Source: Podarcis erhardii (taxonomy: Eukaryota). Taken from it: a DNA stretch of 64,000 nt. Position 1 is the first letter of the stretch. Every line of letters begins with the position of its first letter. Below, one piece after another: positions 11,635-24,605 of this stretch. The notes beneath the pieces were generated by a model. That model worked only from the letters and a program-made list of their open reading frames with translations, was not told where the DNA came from and ran no database searches. The stretch is taken from assembly GCA_964252035.1 (NCBI GenBank), contig OZ176210.1; one strand, written 5' to 3'. A program made the position numbers and the translations under genes.

Positions 11635-11847
11635 CAGTGCTACCTTGGGTTACATACGCTTCAGGTTACATATGCTTCAGGTTACAGACTCCGCTAACCC
11701 AGAAATAGTACCTCGGGTTAAGAACTTTGCTTCAGGATGAGAACAGAAATCGTGCTCGGCAGCAGGAGGCCCGATTAGCTAAAGTGGTGCTTCAGGTTAA
11801 GAACGGACCTCCGGAACGAATTAAGTACTTAACCCGAGGTACCACTG
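11635..11847 (+). mobile_element. MITE family A
   Basis: Same TIRs and interior as 4469-4686; TA flanks; 213 bp. Confidence 0.9.
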
Positions 11848-13516
11848 TAGTGGATACTGCACTGGGCCCGCCTAAAGGCATTTTTTTTGTGTTGGGTTGG
11901 CAGATCTTTGGACTGAAATATATTTTGAAATATATTTTGTTTTAGCAAATCTTTTAGAAATGTGCAAGGCTCATTTCTGCTTTTCCATTTTGGTGTAGGC
12001 ATTGAACCAGTTTGTCTGACTTTAAAATTCAATCCAAATGCCTTGATCATTGCTGCGGGGAGGGGTGATGGTTAGGCTATAGTGGACCAGCTATCTGCTG
12101 GCATCTTTAGGCTTCCACTGGAGTGGGGTAGGGGCTCCAGCAGCTGTGCAGGCACCCAGTACAGCTGTGGAAAGCTCAATGTATGGAACATTACTGCTGA
12201 CAATATTGCCAGTGGTAGCCACCATAGGGCATTAAAACAAAAGTTATGGGTAAAGCCAACCATGGGTCCATCAGATCCTAATCTGCTCTTTCTCCCAGAG
12301 ATGGAATAGCCTGGATCTGGCACAGAAAAAAATCATCACCTGCACCTTCTGTCCTGGTTTTCAACCACTCTACTCTTTCTCACTGCTCCCAGGCCAGATT
12401 TATTGCTTTATTAGTTTTAACCAACTGAAACCCAGATGCATGTTACAAACAGAAATAGGGAGATGCAATCCTCTGTATGTTGCTCGGAAGCTACCTAGAA
12501 GTCTTAGAGTGCAATTTCCTGACTATTAGTTATAGTTTATTTCTGTGCTGATTTTTGACTGAAAATTCTCCAAATATGGCTCCCAAAAGTTAATACAAAT
12601 GCAAATTTCAAACAATTAAATGCAACTTTAAAAAAAAACAGATGGCAATAATATTCTTTAGAAAAGCAAAACTAGAGTTGCAGAGGATTCTAGTTTGCTC
12701 TGCATTTTTGAATGAAGGTTCCTGTTTTGCCCTCCTCAGATTTGTGTATGGATCAAAACATAGATCTGTGGATTAAGTTGCATAATCAACAAAATAAACC
12801 ATGCAAAGATGCCGTACTTATGAGGTAGTCCAAGGGCTGCCCCTTCCTTTTAAGGTTTTTTTTAAATTTTAAACTGCTTAGAACAACTCCGGGGCTGCAT
12901 GGTTAAAAGTCTCATATGATATTGCCCCAGGAAGTGACTGTGTATCATAATGTACAGCCCCTTTCTGTGGAACTGTACTTGGGTAGAGAGGGGAGAAGCA
13001 ATTTGCCAGGAAGGGGCTGTAGATTATGTTGTACATTCACTTCCTGGGAACATTTTAAAAAGAAAAATCTTAGTGCATGGCCATGGAGCTGCTTTACATA
13101 GCTTTGAATGTTGAAGACAAAGGCAAACCTTGGACCATCTCATGAGTACTGTTTGTCTATGTAAAAATGGGATGAAATGGAGCTTCTTTTTTAAACAAAA
13201 TGAGCACAAGATGGGAATACAGTGATTTGACCATTCCTAAACAAAAACAACAGTGCACTCCAAGATGCATATTGTGGGCCTTCTCACAATAACAATTTCT
13301 GCTTGGGCAGAATGTGTCATGTCAGTTTTATAAGATGTATGTGTGGATTTTATTCATTCATTCATTTTATTTGTATGCTACTTTCCCACACAAAAACCAT
13401 GCTCAAAGCGGCTTATTTGCAATAATTTCTAGAAGGCTTTTCAATATACAAAGGACTCAGCTAGATTGGTAAATAAAAAGCGTTTTATATGCGTTTTATA
13501 TGTGATATAACACTGT

Positions 13517-13533
13517 GACACTAGATGGCACTG
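13517..13533 (+). promoter_or_regulatory. Candidate CTCF site
   Basis: GACACTAGATGGCACTG vs consensus CCACYAGRKGGCRCY; one core mismatch. Confidence 0.45.
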
Positions 13534-15320
13534 TGGAGTGCCATCGTTCCCTAGTGGATTTCTCTGTATGAGTTTACAATACATTTAACTGAATCACTTC
13601 TCTGGCATGTCTAGATCTAGCCCATGTGCTTAACTGTTCTTATCCTGATTATACGCATGCTACTCAGAAGTAAATCCCACTAAGTTCATTTTGGACATTT
13701 TCCACATATAGGTGTTTATAACTGGAATCTTAGAACCTTCCTCAAACTCTTTAAGATCTATGGTGACAATGTATGTGAATGATTTCTGTAACTGAAATCA
13801 TGTTTATGAAATGCTACATATTTTAGCAGTTTAACCAATTCTGGCATTATGTTGCTAATAATTTGGTTAAAAAATGTTCTGTGCAAATCAGTGCTAATTT
13901 CAGTGTCAGATTAATATAATATTTTAGTGGATTTTTTTAAAAAAAGAAAATGTAAAATCTTTTTCAATATTATTCTGAAGGCAGGGAGCAACAATCCAAA
14001 CTTAAACCAAAGTCAGCAATATCATTAATTGAAGGGGATGATACATGGCGGGTAAACATATACAAGAACCATTGAATTAAATCAAATCTATTTCAATGTG
14101 TTTTCGATGAGAATAAGTGATGTAAAAGATATTATGATCAATCCTAAAACAATTTAAATTGCAATAATATACTTAGATTGCTATTTTCACATATAGCACT
14201 ATTGTTCCAAATGTATAAATAATGTTGCTTCAAATAATATATTTCTGCATAGCTTGTGAACAGATTGGAATCTTCCACCAGTTATTTACATGCAAAGTTT
14301 TGTTTAAAACATGCTGTAGGAACTGCAGGAAACTTGAGTCACAGTTCAAAGTCTTGCCAGTGTTTCTGCATACCAGTTGGACCATTTCAGTGCCACATGG
14401 AAATTTGCATTGCTTCCATGAATATTTCTTTCATTTCCACCCTAGGTGGTGCTGTGTCCAAGGGAGCCACACAAGGGCATACTATTGAGACAATAGCACC
14501 AAAAATACTAGAGGGAGATGAGAATTTAACATCAAGGGCAGAAAGGCAATGAAAAGAGAAAAGCTGCATCAGGAACAGAGAAGAAGACAATCAAGTTTAG
14601 TTAGTTAATTTTTTGAAAGTTCAGTGAGTTCTTTGAAACAATAAAAGGAAGAATAATAAGAATTAAAATGAGAGATTAATGAGACTGCAAAAGAAAATAG
14701 ACAAATGACTGAATCCTTTGTAGTTACAGGAAATATTGTGCACAATAGGAATACAACACAGGTATGTGAACATAGTTTCAGAATTTCTAGCTGTGGTGAG
14801 GACTACAGCTGCTACAATCCACGAATCCTGTAGAACCTCGATAATAATAAACTATAGCTTGGATCATAGCAAGGCTTCTGTAAATGGAAGGGCTGGGTTC
14901 ACAAGAGGACTTCGTTCATGAAGGGATCGAGATCCAGTGAAGGATCACACTGCTTGAAGGGTAGGGAGAGTGTCAGTTTTTACTGACTTCCCCTTGTGCC
15001 TCTTCTCATGCTGTCCTTCAGACCCCCAATCCTGCAGAGCAAATTTTCCAGTGGCACAGGGGGCTGAAGGGAGAGAGGGAATTAGGAAGGGTTACACCCA
15101 CCCTTTCATTGAGGGGAGAATCACATGAATCAAGGTTTGCTCAGGGCACTCCTACTAGGGTGAACAAACTCACGGTCCCAGTCTCTGTGTCAATAGGAAT
15201 AGTCCTAAATCGTAGTTATCATTTCATAACTTTAAAGTGTTCACAACAGTTCATATGCATTTTCTTAGTAATCCTTACTGAGATGAACATTAACATAATT
15301 AAGCAACAATTATCCCCATA

Positions 15321-15548
15321 CAGTGGTACCTCGGGTTAAGAACTTCATTCGTTCTGGAGGTCCGTTCTTAACCTGAAACTGTTCTTAACCTGAGGTACCA
15401 CTTTAGCTAATGGGGGCTGCCGCACTGCTGCCGTGCGATTTCTGTTCTCATCCTGAAACAAAGTTCTTAACCTAAGATACTGTTTCTGGGTTCTTCTGTA
15501 ACCTGAAGCGTCTGTAACCTGAAGCGTCTGTAACCTGAGGTACCACTG
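15321..15548 (-). mobile_element. MITE family A (opposite orientation)
   Basis: CAGTGGTACCTCGGGTTA...GAGGTACCACTG, TA flanks, interior reverse-complementary to the other copies; 16-bp ctgtaacctgaagcgt internal repeats. Confidence 0.9.
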
Positions 15549-17443
15549 TATTTCAGAAGAAAAATTGACGGTGAGAAATAGTGACTTACCCAAGAGTCAA
15601 ACTCGGCATGATGGGAGAATCCACATTTATTTATCAATTTATATCTAGAATTAGGGGAAGCTGTCTCTTATATGCAGCAAATGTTGTGCACACATGTGAA
15701 TATAGGGACATTTCTCCATTTTACGTCTCTGTCTACTTTGGCCCTAAGGCAGCCTAGTAATTTATATTAGATGAACAATTTGAACCAGGGACTTCCTGGT
15801 TCACAGCTCTGTCTCTAAGCCACAATGATAGAGTAGTGCATAGCAGATGTGGTGGTGGTATGCAGTATGTAAGCAGCTTTTCTCTGGAATCTCTTCTTGA
15901 GGAGAGAGAAAAAGATAAAAAGAGAAACAGCTGTTTTATGAAACTTCACATGTTGCAATTTCACTCCTGATTAATGTTGCTGGCGCTGCCTGCAACCTAG
16001 GTGTTGCATTCTATTTTACTGTTTTCATTACACTGTAGTGCAGGATTGGTAAATATATCCTGTTCTTTTAAAACTGTTTGCAAAGCTATGTACTTAAACC
16101 ACTGTTTAAGTACTAAACCCTCTGTTTGTGTATCCCTATTTTTTGTTTTCTTTATACAGTTTTCTCCCTTGTCATCTTTTTTGTTTGGGATCATTGACTC
16201 TCAGTTTGGATGATTTTTCTTCAATTATTATCTCTCATATAATTTCTGTTTACTATTTGACTTGAAAATTGCCACTGTGGCCACTTCCAGGCAACCCACT
16301 GAGCATTCATCATGATTTGTTTGTATGGAGATTAGATTACACTGGCTATTTAATGAGGGTTTATTCTTATTTGTTTGTGGAGAGGTTAGATGACATTTTT
16401 TTATTCCAATTTCTAGGACATATTCTCATCACATTCCTTATCTCAAGAAGTCAAATCTTTTTGAGAAATGATTTTGTTTTGCTAGACCTCTTAATCAATT
16501 ACAATTGCCAGTAAGTGCTTGAATCCTGCCCCAAAATATTGACAGTCTGGAAGCACCCAGTGTTTATTTTGTAGAATTTGGGGGAAGTATGAATGAGGGA
16601 AGATATGGTAAAGCAAAATGCTTTTAGTCTTGGGACCTGTGTGTTGAAGCTGTTGAAGTTCAGTCGAAACCAATTCACATGTGCACGTATAAGTTGCTTG
16701 CACAATATACTGATTGTGTTTGAAAATCACTGTGTGATTTGAAACCCCTGTCTGTAGTGTTGGTTGGATCTGTGATAGCTGCTTCAGATGTGCAAGTCTT
16801 CATTTGGTATTTCAGTGATCGTGGTCATGCATTTGTGAACTAGGACATCAGGCTTCAAGGACAACAGAGCTGACCTGTCAGCATTCAGAGACTGAGAACT
16901 ACTTTGGTTCCTCCCAGTTTACTGGATCTCAAGATTAAGGAAAAACCCATGCTTCCTTTCATCTGTTATGTACAAAGACAAGTTTCAAAGAGCAATTGGT
17001 TAGCTGGCCAGATCCAGTTCCCCATACCTGAGATAGATGATGCTTGAGAAATAGTTACACCTGATGTTTAAAATTCAACCGTACTATAGAAAGGAAGCTA
17101 TTAGAGAGTTCTTCTTGATTCAGCCCTTACTATCAAATTGAGTGTATTGGATTATTTCTATAGAACCAAAGCTATTAAAATGGAAACAGGTCTGATTGTG
17201 GAGATGTGAACGCTACCGTGACACTTTTGCCTAATATTTTCATGAAGTGAAAGGATAGTAGAAAAAATAACTTCTATGTTATTTATAAAGTATGATCTTT
17301 TAAAAACAGTATGGTTGAATAATAAAATAACAACAAGAAATCTAACCTTCAGGCTTGGTGGGAAGTCGAATCAGAGAACAATGTGTTGGATTTAGCAGCT
17401 CAAGTGCCAATGCAGAGCGTAACTTGTGCTCTTTTTTTCATAG

Positions 17444-17600
17444 GTGTATTAAATTGGTTTTATTATGTGACCATGCCAATGCCAGCATCTACATTCACTA
17501 TTGCTGCAGGATGCTGGGCAGAAGTTAAAAGAAAAACTTGCGCAACTGATGTTCAGAGGAATGATGGGCTCTTTCCACTGTTGTCAAAGGCGGATGTCAG
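17444..17600 (+). CDS. AOPEP: Aminopeptidase O, coding exon 3 (157 nt)
   Basis: Acceptor ctctttttttcatAG; encodes NWFYYVTMPMPASTFTIAAGCW (M1-family MP-x-ST motif); donor AG|GTCGGT at 17601. Confidence 0.94.
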
Positions 17601-20129
17601 GTCGGTGATTACAGATGAAAAATATGTACTTTAGAGAGCATTCCATTTTATTTCTGTTATACAAGAAAATGAGTCATCATAGTCAAGGAACAATAGCAGA
17701 ACATGTTTAATCAAAGCAAAGGGAAACCATATAAGAGAAATTACTCCAATGGGCAAGGATGAGCAAAGGCATGTTACTTACGTTGAAAAAAGAGAGAGCA
17801 TTCTTTGAGTAATAGAATTTGTTTCTACATGGATTCGCTGAAGTATGTGAAAAGTGAACTCCTAAACTATGAACTATTCTTTTGTCTTCATTATAATCCA
17901 TTATAATCTTGTTTTTAAATCACTTAAGTTGCTTTTGTTCAAAACAAAACACTACAGTTAACCTCTGTATGGTTGCAAATGTTCTATTTGCATTCATAAT
18001 ACTAAGGAGGTGCTCCTTAAGTGGGCATCCTTTAGTTCAGTAGCAGTCTACTCTCTGAGACTCTAACTCTGGATTTTTTAAAATTCACAGAGAAGCAGTA
18101 CCATGTCTTTCTACCCATGTTTTCCATCCTTTTTCCAATTCAGTTATGTCTTAAGTATCCTGTTTCTAATAGTTGCTGTTTGTTCACATATTTGTAGTAT
18201 GATAGGCTCACAGACAAACATATTGCAGTTGTGATACATTTGTTTTTAATGTTTTTGAGTCTGTAACAGATCATCAATTTCATGGCAAGATTTTGTTCAA
18301 AGGATTTTGAAATACATTGCTTTTAATATGTTCTGACTGTATACTATTCAAGATTAGAAACATCATTCAGAACATCTTCACGCAATAAGAATTTATTATC
18401 CAATATTCTACAGATGATAAACAGGTTAAGAGTCAGGAGTGAGCTCTGCACTCTTTCCTTTCTCATGTCTGCTTTAGCTATGCCTTACTGTTCTAATTGC
18501 ATCAATGCTGACCAGAATTCCCACCTTAACAACAGCTTTAAATGGATTTGTGAACCCTGGTTAAGATGGTTTATGTTTAGCGTATTCATGTTCTCTTCAG
18601 AGCATGGAGGTACTGGCAATAATAAAGAAGAACCACCCTCCTTTTCTGATAAATGAGCAATTTGAGTGCTGTTAAAGTTGTAAATATGGAAAGGAAAGAT
18701 GTGTAGTTTAAATTCTGTAGCCCTGGAACAGAAGTACATCATAATTTTTACCCATAGGGTAGCTCTTTAAAAAACTAGAAGTTATGTTTGGACTGAAGAA
18801 GAACAATCCTAGAAACAGAAATATGTATCCACATAGTCATTTATTCAGAGCAATGTCCCTTTTGTGATCAAATGAAGGAAGAGGCTAAGAAAAGAAGTGC
18901 AACAGGGATACATATGGATTAACTTTCAGGAGAAGCTTTCTGCTTAGAAGGATATGGAAACAGGGCATTAGCCTGTGATAAGCAGCAAATGAATCAACAT
19001 GAAAGGCATAAACCTAGAAAACACCATCATGGTCAGTTGTGCAACAATTTGCATTGGACTATAAAGTATTAGACATGGTTCTCATGGGATGCCTCAGTCT
19101 CAGATATGCCGTGCATCTGACTGGATTGCCCCAGCCACTCTGGGCGACTTCCAGCAAATTATAAAATCACACTAAAACATCAGCCATTAAAAACTTCCCT
19201 ATAAAGGGCTGCTTTCAGATGTCTTCTAAAAGTCAGATAGTTTCTTATTTCCTTGTCATCTGATGGGAGGGAGTTTCACAGGGCGGGCACCACTATCAAG
19301 AAGGTCCTCTGCCTTGTTCCCTAAAACCTCACTTTTTGCATTAAGGGAACTACTGAAAAGTCCTCAGAGCTGGATCTCAGCTTTTACAAAAGTACGTAAC
19401 TCAAAAGCAATTTATATTCAAGCCTACATTACATTAGTACCTAATGAGCCTGAAGAACTAGGAATTAGGAAGGGAGATATTTTTGTAGTATGTGAAGGAT
19501 GTCATTCCAACTGATTAAAGTAAACATAAGTTTTCTTCTTAGGATCTTTATTTTTTCCGATATATGCCTGATTTTTTTATATATTTTTTTGCTTCATCTA
19601 TTTTTTCTCTTGTATTATTCTTTATTAACTACTTTATACCTGTGTGAGAACCAACATGGATCAGTGGATGGCATTATTACTTGCAGGTCTTCAAATATTT
19701 GAACCCCTTTAATGACACTGAGCATTATTTTATTTTTTTAATCAGTACTAAAACATATTCTCAAGGTTGTGGGATATATAATAGTTGGAAAGTGGCTGTA
19801 CAGCAGAGACCTTCCTACAGACCTGCAGACTCAAGCAAGTCAGCCAAGCCACATGTCACTAGACCAGCTTGATGTGGAAGGGAATATTTCAGCAGAAACC
19901 CTGAATATCAGCAAAATGTTAATCTTTATACTGAATCTTCTTAAGAGCATCATATTTCCATGCCATCCCATTTTCTATCAATAGTTGTGGCAGTCCCATT
20001 TTTTTTCCACCAGAGAAAAGAATTGGTCCTCCTAATGCAGCAGGCCACTTCTGGTTATCCATAGCTGCATTACCTAAGTATGCTCAGAACTTTATTTACT
20101 AGAAATAATATATTATTTTTCAATTTCAG

Positions 20130-20378
20130 GTTGTTAGAACAGACTTGTGGTCATCTGCCATATCCTTGCCGCTTCCAAGATCCTGCTGCCACTTCTCAGG
20201 TGGTCATTCCTCATCGTGTCTTTGCTCCTCAGTGCCTTAAGAAATCCTGCGAAGAGGTTCTACTGCAACTGATTCCTCAGTGTCTCTCAGCTGCTTATAA
20301 TCTCCTGGGTACCCATCCCTTTTCTAGGCTTGATGTCTTGATTGTTCCACCCAACTTTTCCAGTCTTGGAATGGCCAG
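20130..20378 (+). CDS. AOPEP: Aminopeptidase O, coding exon 4 (249 nt)
   Basis: Acceptor tttttcaatttcAG; encodes YPCRFQD...IPHRVFAP...HPFSRLDVLIVPPNFSSLGMA; donor AG|GTATTG at 20379. Confidence 0.96.
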
Positions 20379-21811
20379 GTATTGAGATTTTTCTATTTTT
20401 CCATGCATGTTTATTCATCTGCTAATTCTTCTCGGTATCTACCTTGCTCTGTTGTCCTTACCAGGCAGAAGAGCATTGTTTAAAATCCTATCTATATTTG
20501 TCATACCTGCTGTACTTCAGGAGATGCAAGAACAGTAGTAGTAAATCATAGTTCAGCTGTAGCCATTTGGAAATTAAAAATGTGTTTTTGAAAATTATGA
20601 CTGCGTTAAGATAAAGAGAACCGATGGAGATAGCAAGGACCATGTCTACTACCTTTTGGCTGTTGGAGGCTAATTAATGGCCAGGTAAGATAAAAGGTGG
20701 AATATAAATGTAATAATAGGCATATAAACAATGACTATATCAACTGTTTAACTGCAGTGTAAATTACTATATTTGAAATATCTTCCTTCAACATATGTAT
20801 CAGAAGGAGAGCAATGATAGATACCAATTATTCCACTGGTGTTAACAGTGTGCTGTGCTAGCTGATTTATGGGAACAAATATAAAACATAAGGCCACAAA
20901 TGACACCCTTAAAATATAGGCGTGTAGTCTGGAGGTAGTGAGCCTCTTAAGTGAAAGAGATCCTGTTCTGATTTTGAGCACCCTGGAGGAATCTAGTTAA
21001 TGGATGGTACAAATGATTCACATAGACCATCAGTTATGTTTCTTGGGCTCTGCAGACACAAAAGAGCTATTCAGGGAATTCTGAAAAGGGAGCACAAAAT
21101 AGACCTTCCCATTGGAGCTGTTACGAGGACAGAAAGGATATGTGGAAGCATTGTTTATATACTTACCAAAGAGATTCCGAGATTCTAATACTGGTAGCTG
21201 GTGGCAGTATTGGGTTATTTGAAATGTTATGTCCTAATAAGCACTTGGGTTTTTCCATATTTTGACAGAACTACTAATAGCACTGTATTGTAAACAAGGA
21301 GATTCCCCTTCAGATGATGATTTATATGTTATTTTCATTTATAGACTGCACTGAAAGATCTCGAAGAGGTTTACAATAGATAAATGCATATATATTGTAC
21401 CTAGAAAGTACAATAAAACCATGTCAAATGATTCATAACAAAATACAGAAACAATACCATGTACATAAACATAATATCAAAATAAATAAAGCTACAGCAC
21501 CTGCAAGGCAATAAAATATAAAATTTCAATCAACACAACATACATACGGTCACTTAATCTCACTCAGCACCTATTTCACACAACCACTACAATCATTCAT
21601 TACCTCCATCAACAACTTATACATAAATTACTGACATGTAGCCATGTTACAACCCACATACAAAGGTCCGCTGCTGAGCCTAATCTCTGAAGCACTTATA
21701 AACTCATGCTCCTAATATTAGGAGTGCTAATAAATAATACTCCTCTCATATCTCTCACCTGTGAGGAGCCCATATCTACCAGAGCAAGCTCTTGCTCTGG
21801 TGGGTATAGAA

Positions 21812-22112
21812 CAGGGGTCAGCAATCTTTTTCAGCCGTGGGCCGGTCCACCGTCCCTCGGAACATATATTTTGGGGGGAAAATTATGAATGAATTCCTAC
21901 ACCCCATAAATAACCCAGAGATGCATTTTAAATAAAAGCACACATTCTTCTCATGTAAAAACACCAGGCAGGCCCCACAAATAACCCAGAGATGCATTTT
22001 AAATAAAAAGGACACATTCTACTCATGTAAAAACACACTGATTCCCGGACCATCCGTGGGCCGGATTGAGAAGGCGATTGGGCCGCATTCGGCCCATGGG
22101 CCTTAGGTTGCC
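21812..22112 (+). mobile_element. hAT (Charlie-like) MITE, right end eroded
   Basis: Starts CAGGGGTCAGCAA, ends ...ggccttaggttgcc; left flank gtatagaa fits the NTCTAGAN target preference; internal ~63-bp tandem duplication (21902-21964 / 21973-22035). Confidence 0.65.
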
Positions 22113-22774
22113 TTCTATCCACTCCCAGGTTCCAATTATATAATCATAACATGCACAGTACTGCACAACCTCAGCACCTGATAATCAGCGCTGGTAGCAG
22201 ACACAAACATCAGCTTCTCACTCAAGGTGGCCCCGAAGGTCACCATAAACTCAGATTGTTGGGTTTTTTCATATTTTGGCATTGATCATTGGTTTGACTA
22301 AAGTACAGACTATAGGAACCATGGTAAAATTGACTTATGTCATTACACACTTGGGAAAAGAAGGTTAATGTTCTGAACAGGCAAACCGTTGTTAATGCAT
22401 TTGTTTCCTTTTGGGATAGTAAGACTGTTTAACTACTTGTGGCTCATAGGTCTTTGTATGTAGTATTTGTTCAAGATAATACAGTGCGTGTTCAGATAAA
22501 ATAACAGGTGAATTCCCAGCATGCTGGTAGGATATAGTGCACGTGGGGAGTAATTGCATCAGAAATAAGTTCATGAATGAAACCAAAGCAAAGTAATTAT
22601 GATGGAAGTAAAACCTGATTAAATTTAGAGTAAAGTGCTACATGTGAATGTGTCTTTGTGCAGACGGAAATATTTTTGTGGTTATTCTAATAATTCCAAT
22701 TTTTTAATGTCTTAGTTACATTAAAGTGAAGTGAAAAGAATGGCACTTTCCCATGTTTCTTGTGCTGTTACATA

Positions 22775-23232
22775 CCGTATTTTTCACTCTATAGGACACA
22801 CCTTGTTTTAGAGGGGGAGAACAAGAAAAAATTCTCCCCCTCTCTGCGCAGTGCCCCTTCAGCGAAGCGGCAGGAGAAACAGAGCCCCTTCCATTTCTTC
22901 TCCCGCTTAGCTGAAGGGGCACTGCACCTTAGCTCAACTGGCACCTACCCTTCAGCGAAAGGAACCCGAAGCATCTGGAGGCTTTAGGCAGCTATCTTTG
23001 AAGCCTGGAGAGCGAGAGGGGTCGGTGCGCACTGACCCCTCTCGCTCTCCAGGCTTCAGCGAAAGCAATGCAAAGCCTCCAGAGCGCGGTGGGAGCGCTC
23101 CCACTGTGCTTCGGAGGCTTCGCGTTGCTTTCACTGAAGCCAAGGAGCCTGCATTCGCTCCATAAGACGCACACACATTTCCCCTTAATTTTTGGAGGGG
23201 AAAATGTGTGTTGTATAGAGCGAAAAATACGG
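22775..23232. mobile_element. Tc2-like (TcMar) non-autonomous DNA transposon
   Basis: TIR CCGTATTTTTC(A/G)CTCTATA (19 bp, 1 mismatch), TA flanks; CCGTAT termini are typical of Tc2/Kanga-type elements. Confidence 0.8.
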
Positions 23233-24399
23233 TAAGTGTAAGATGCTTACATATCTGACTACTTTTTGACACCTAAAAGAGTGAGTGTGAGATACACACA
23301 CACACGTATGAAATTTATAACACCATGTTCTTCTGGTTGATGGTGCAAGATATTCTGTACATCTAATTCCTGTCAGTCCTTACTGTAACAATGCAATGAC
23401 ATCAGTTCAGATATGCTCCTGTATTCCAGCGCTCCTTTACTACTTTATGTATTATTTTGATGCAGAAAGGATGCTGCGCTATGTATTTATTTAATCATAT
23501 AGCTGGCCTATCTGCAGTAGTATAAACATAACGCAGCCTGCTGGCACAAAGGATCTGCTGTTCTGAGAATTCTAATTGTACTCCAGCCTGCCAGAGAAGG
23601 AAAGAGCCATAAATTTTCAGTCATTATCTTTAGATTTGGGATATTGTATGTGTGTGTCCATGTACGTCAGCAAGTCTGTTCCTCATTAGCCTTGTAGCTA
23701 CTTCATTTTTAATGCACAAAAGTAGTACCATCTCTTATTTGAGGGGGATGGTTATCTCACATTTCAGAGTAGGAAGAAATGATGGTGCTTCTTCTGCAGA
23801 AGAGCTTAATTAGAGGCTTGAGGTTGTATTTTCCAGCGGCCACCACAGCAGATTCAGCAGCATTTTCTTTCAAGACCTGCCGACGCCTTTTAAAGGAAAA
23901 TCTTCCTTTGAAATCTTACTTATATGTCTTGCATGTATCATCACCTTATGTTTTTAATTTGCTATGGACTTTTATATGGTAAGAGAAACCTGATTACTTA
24001 TTTTTAAAAAATAATTAGAGGCAGCCCCGCCTGCTTCTAGATCTTAAATAGAAACTTAGGGGTGGGTTTTTTGTTTGTTTGACAATGCCTAGGTTAGTAT
24101 TGCCATCATCCAGTGGTTCCTTTCAAGTCAACAGAACAGTGAATTGAAATTCCACAGTTGCTGTTTCCAGCATTAGCCCTGTTCTCTTGCTCTGCATCAC
24201 ACTTCCTATTTTCAGAGGCTCCTCATACCCACTGGTGCCTATCACAAGCAAATGTTTAGATGTGCTCTTTATGAAGCTGGAGGAAAGTGTCACAGTTAAA
24301 AAATAATAGTGTAAACATATTTTCCTTCTCTGAATCCTGAGATTTATTGAGTTTTGAGCTTTGATTGTTTCAGCATCATTTAATTAATTAATTAATTAA

Positions 24400-24605
24400 T
24401 TAACCAACCAACCAACCACCTTTATCTTCCAAGTATCTCAAGGTGGTGTACATGGTTCTTCTCCACCCCATTTCATCCTCACAACAACCCTGTGAGGTTA
24501 GGCTAGGCTAAGAGATGGTCTAAGGTCACTCAGTGAACTTCATGGCTGAATGGGGATTTGAATCCTGGTGTCCCAGGTCCCAGTCCAACACTCTGACCAT
24601 TATGT
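24400..24605 (-). mobile_element. tRNA-derived SINE (Squam3/MIR-like)
   Basis: catcctcacaacaaccctgtgagg...ggatttgaatcctgg...gtccaacactctgacc is the reverse complement of the SINE at 53570. Confidence 0.75.

Noticed and set aside
21340-21800. A/C-rich tract resembling a mitochondrial insertion
   Set aside because: No recognisable mitochondrial ORF, tRNA or rRNA motif; more likely a reverse-strand LINE tail. BLASTN would settle it.
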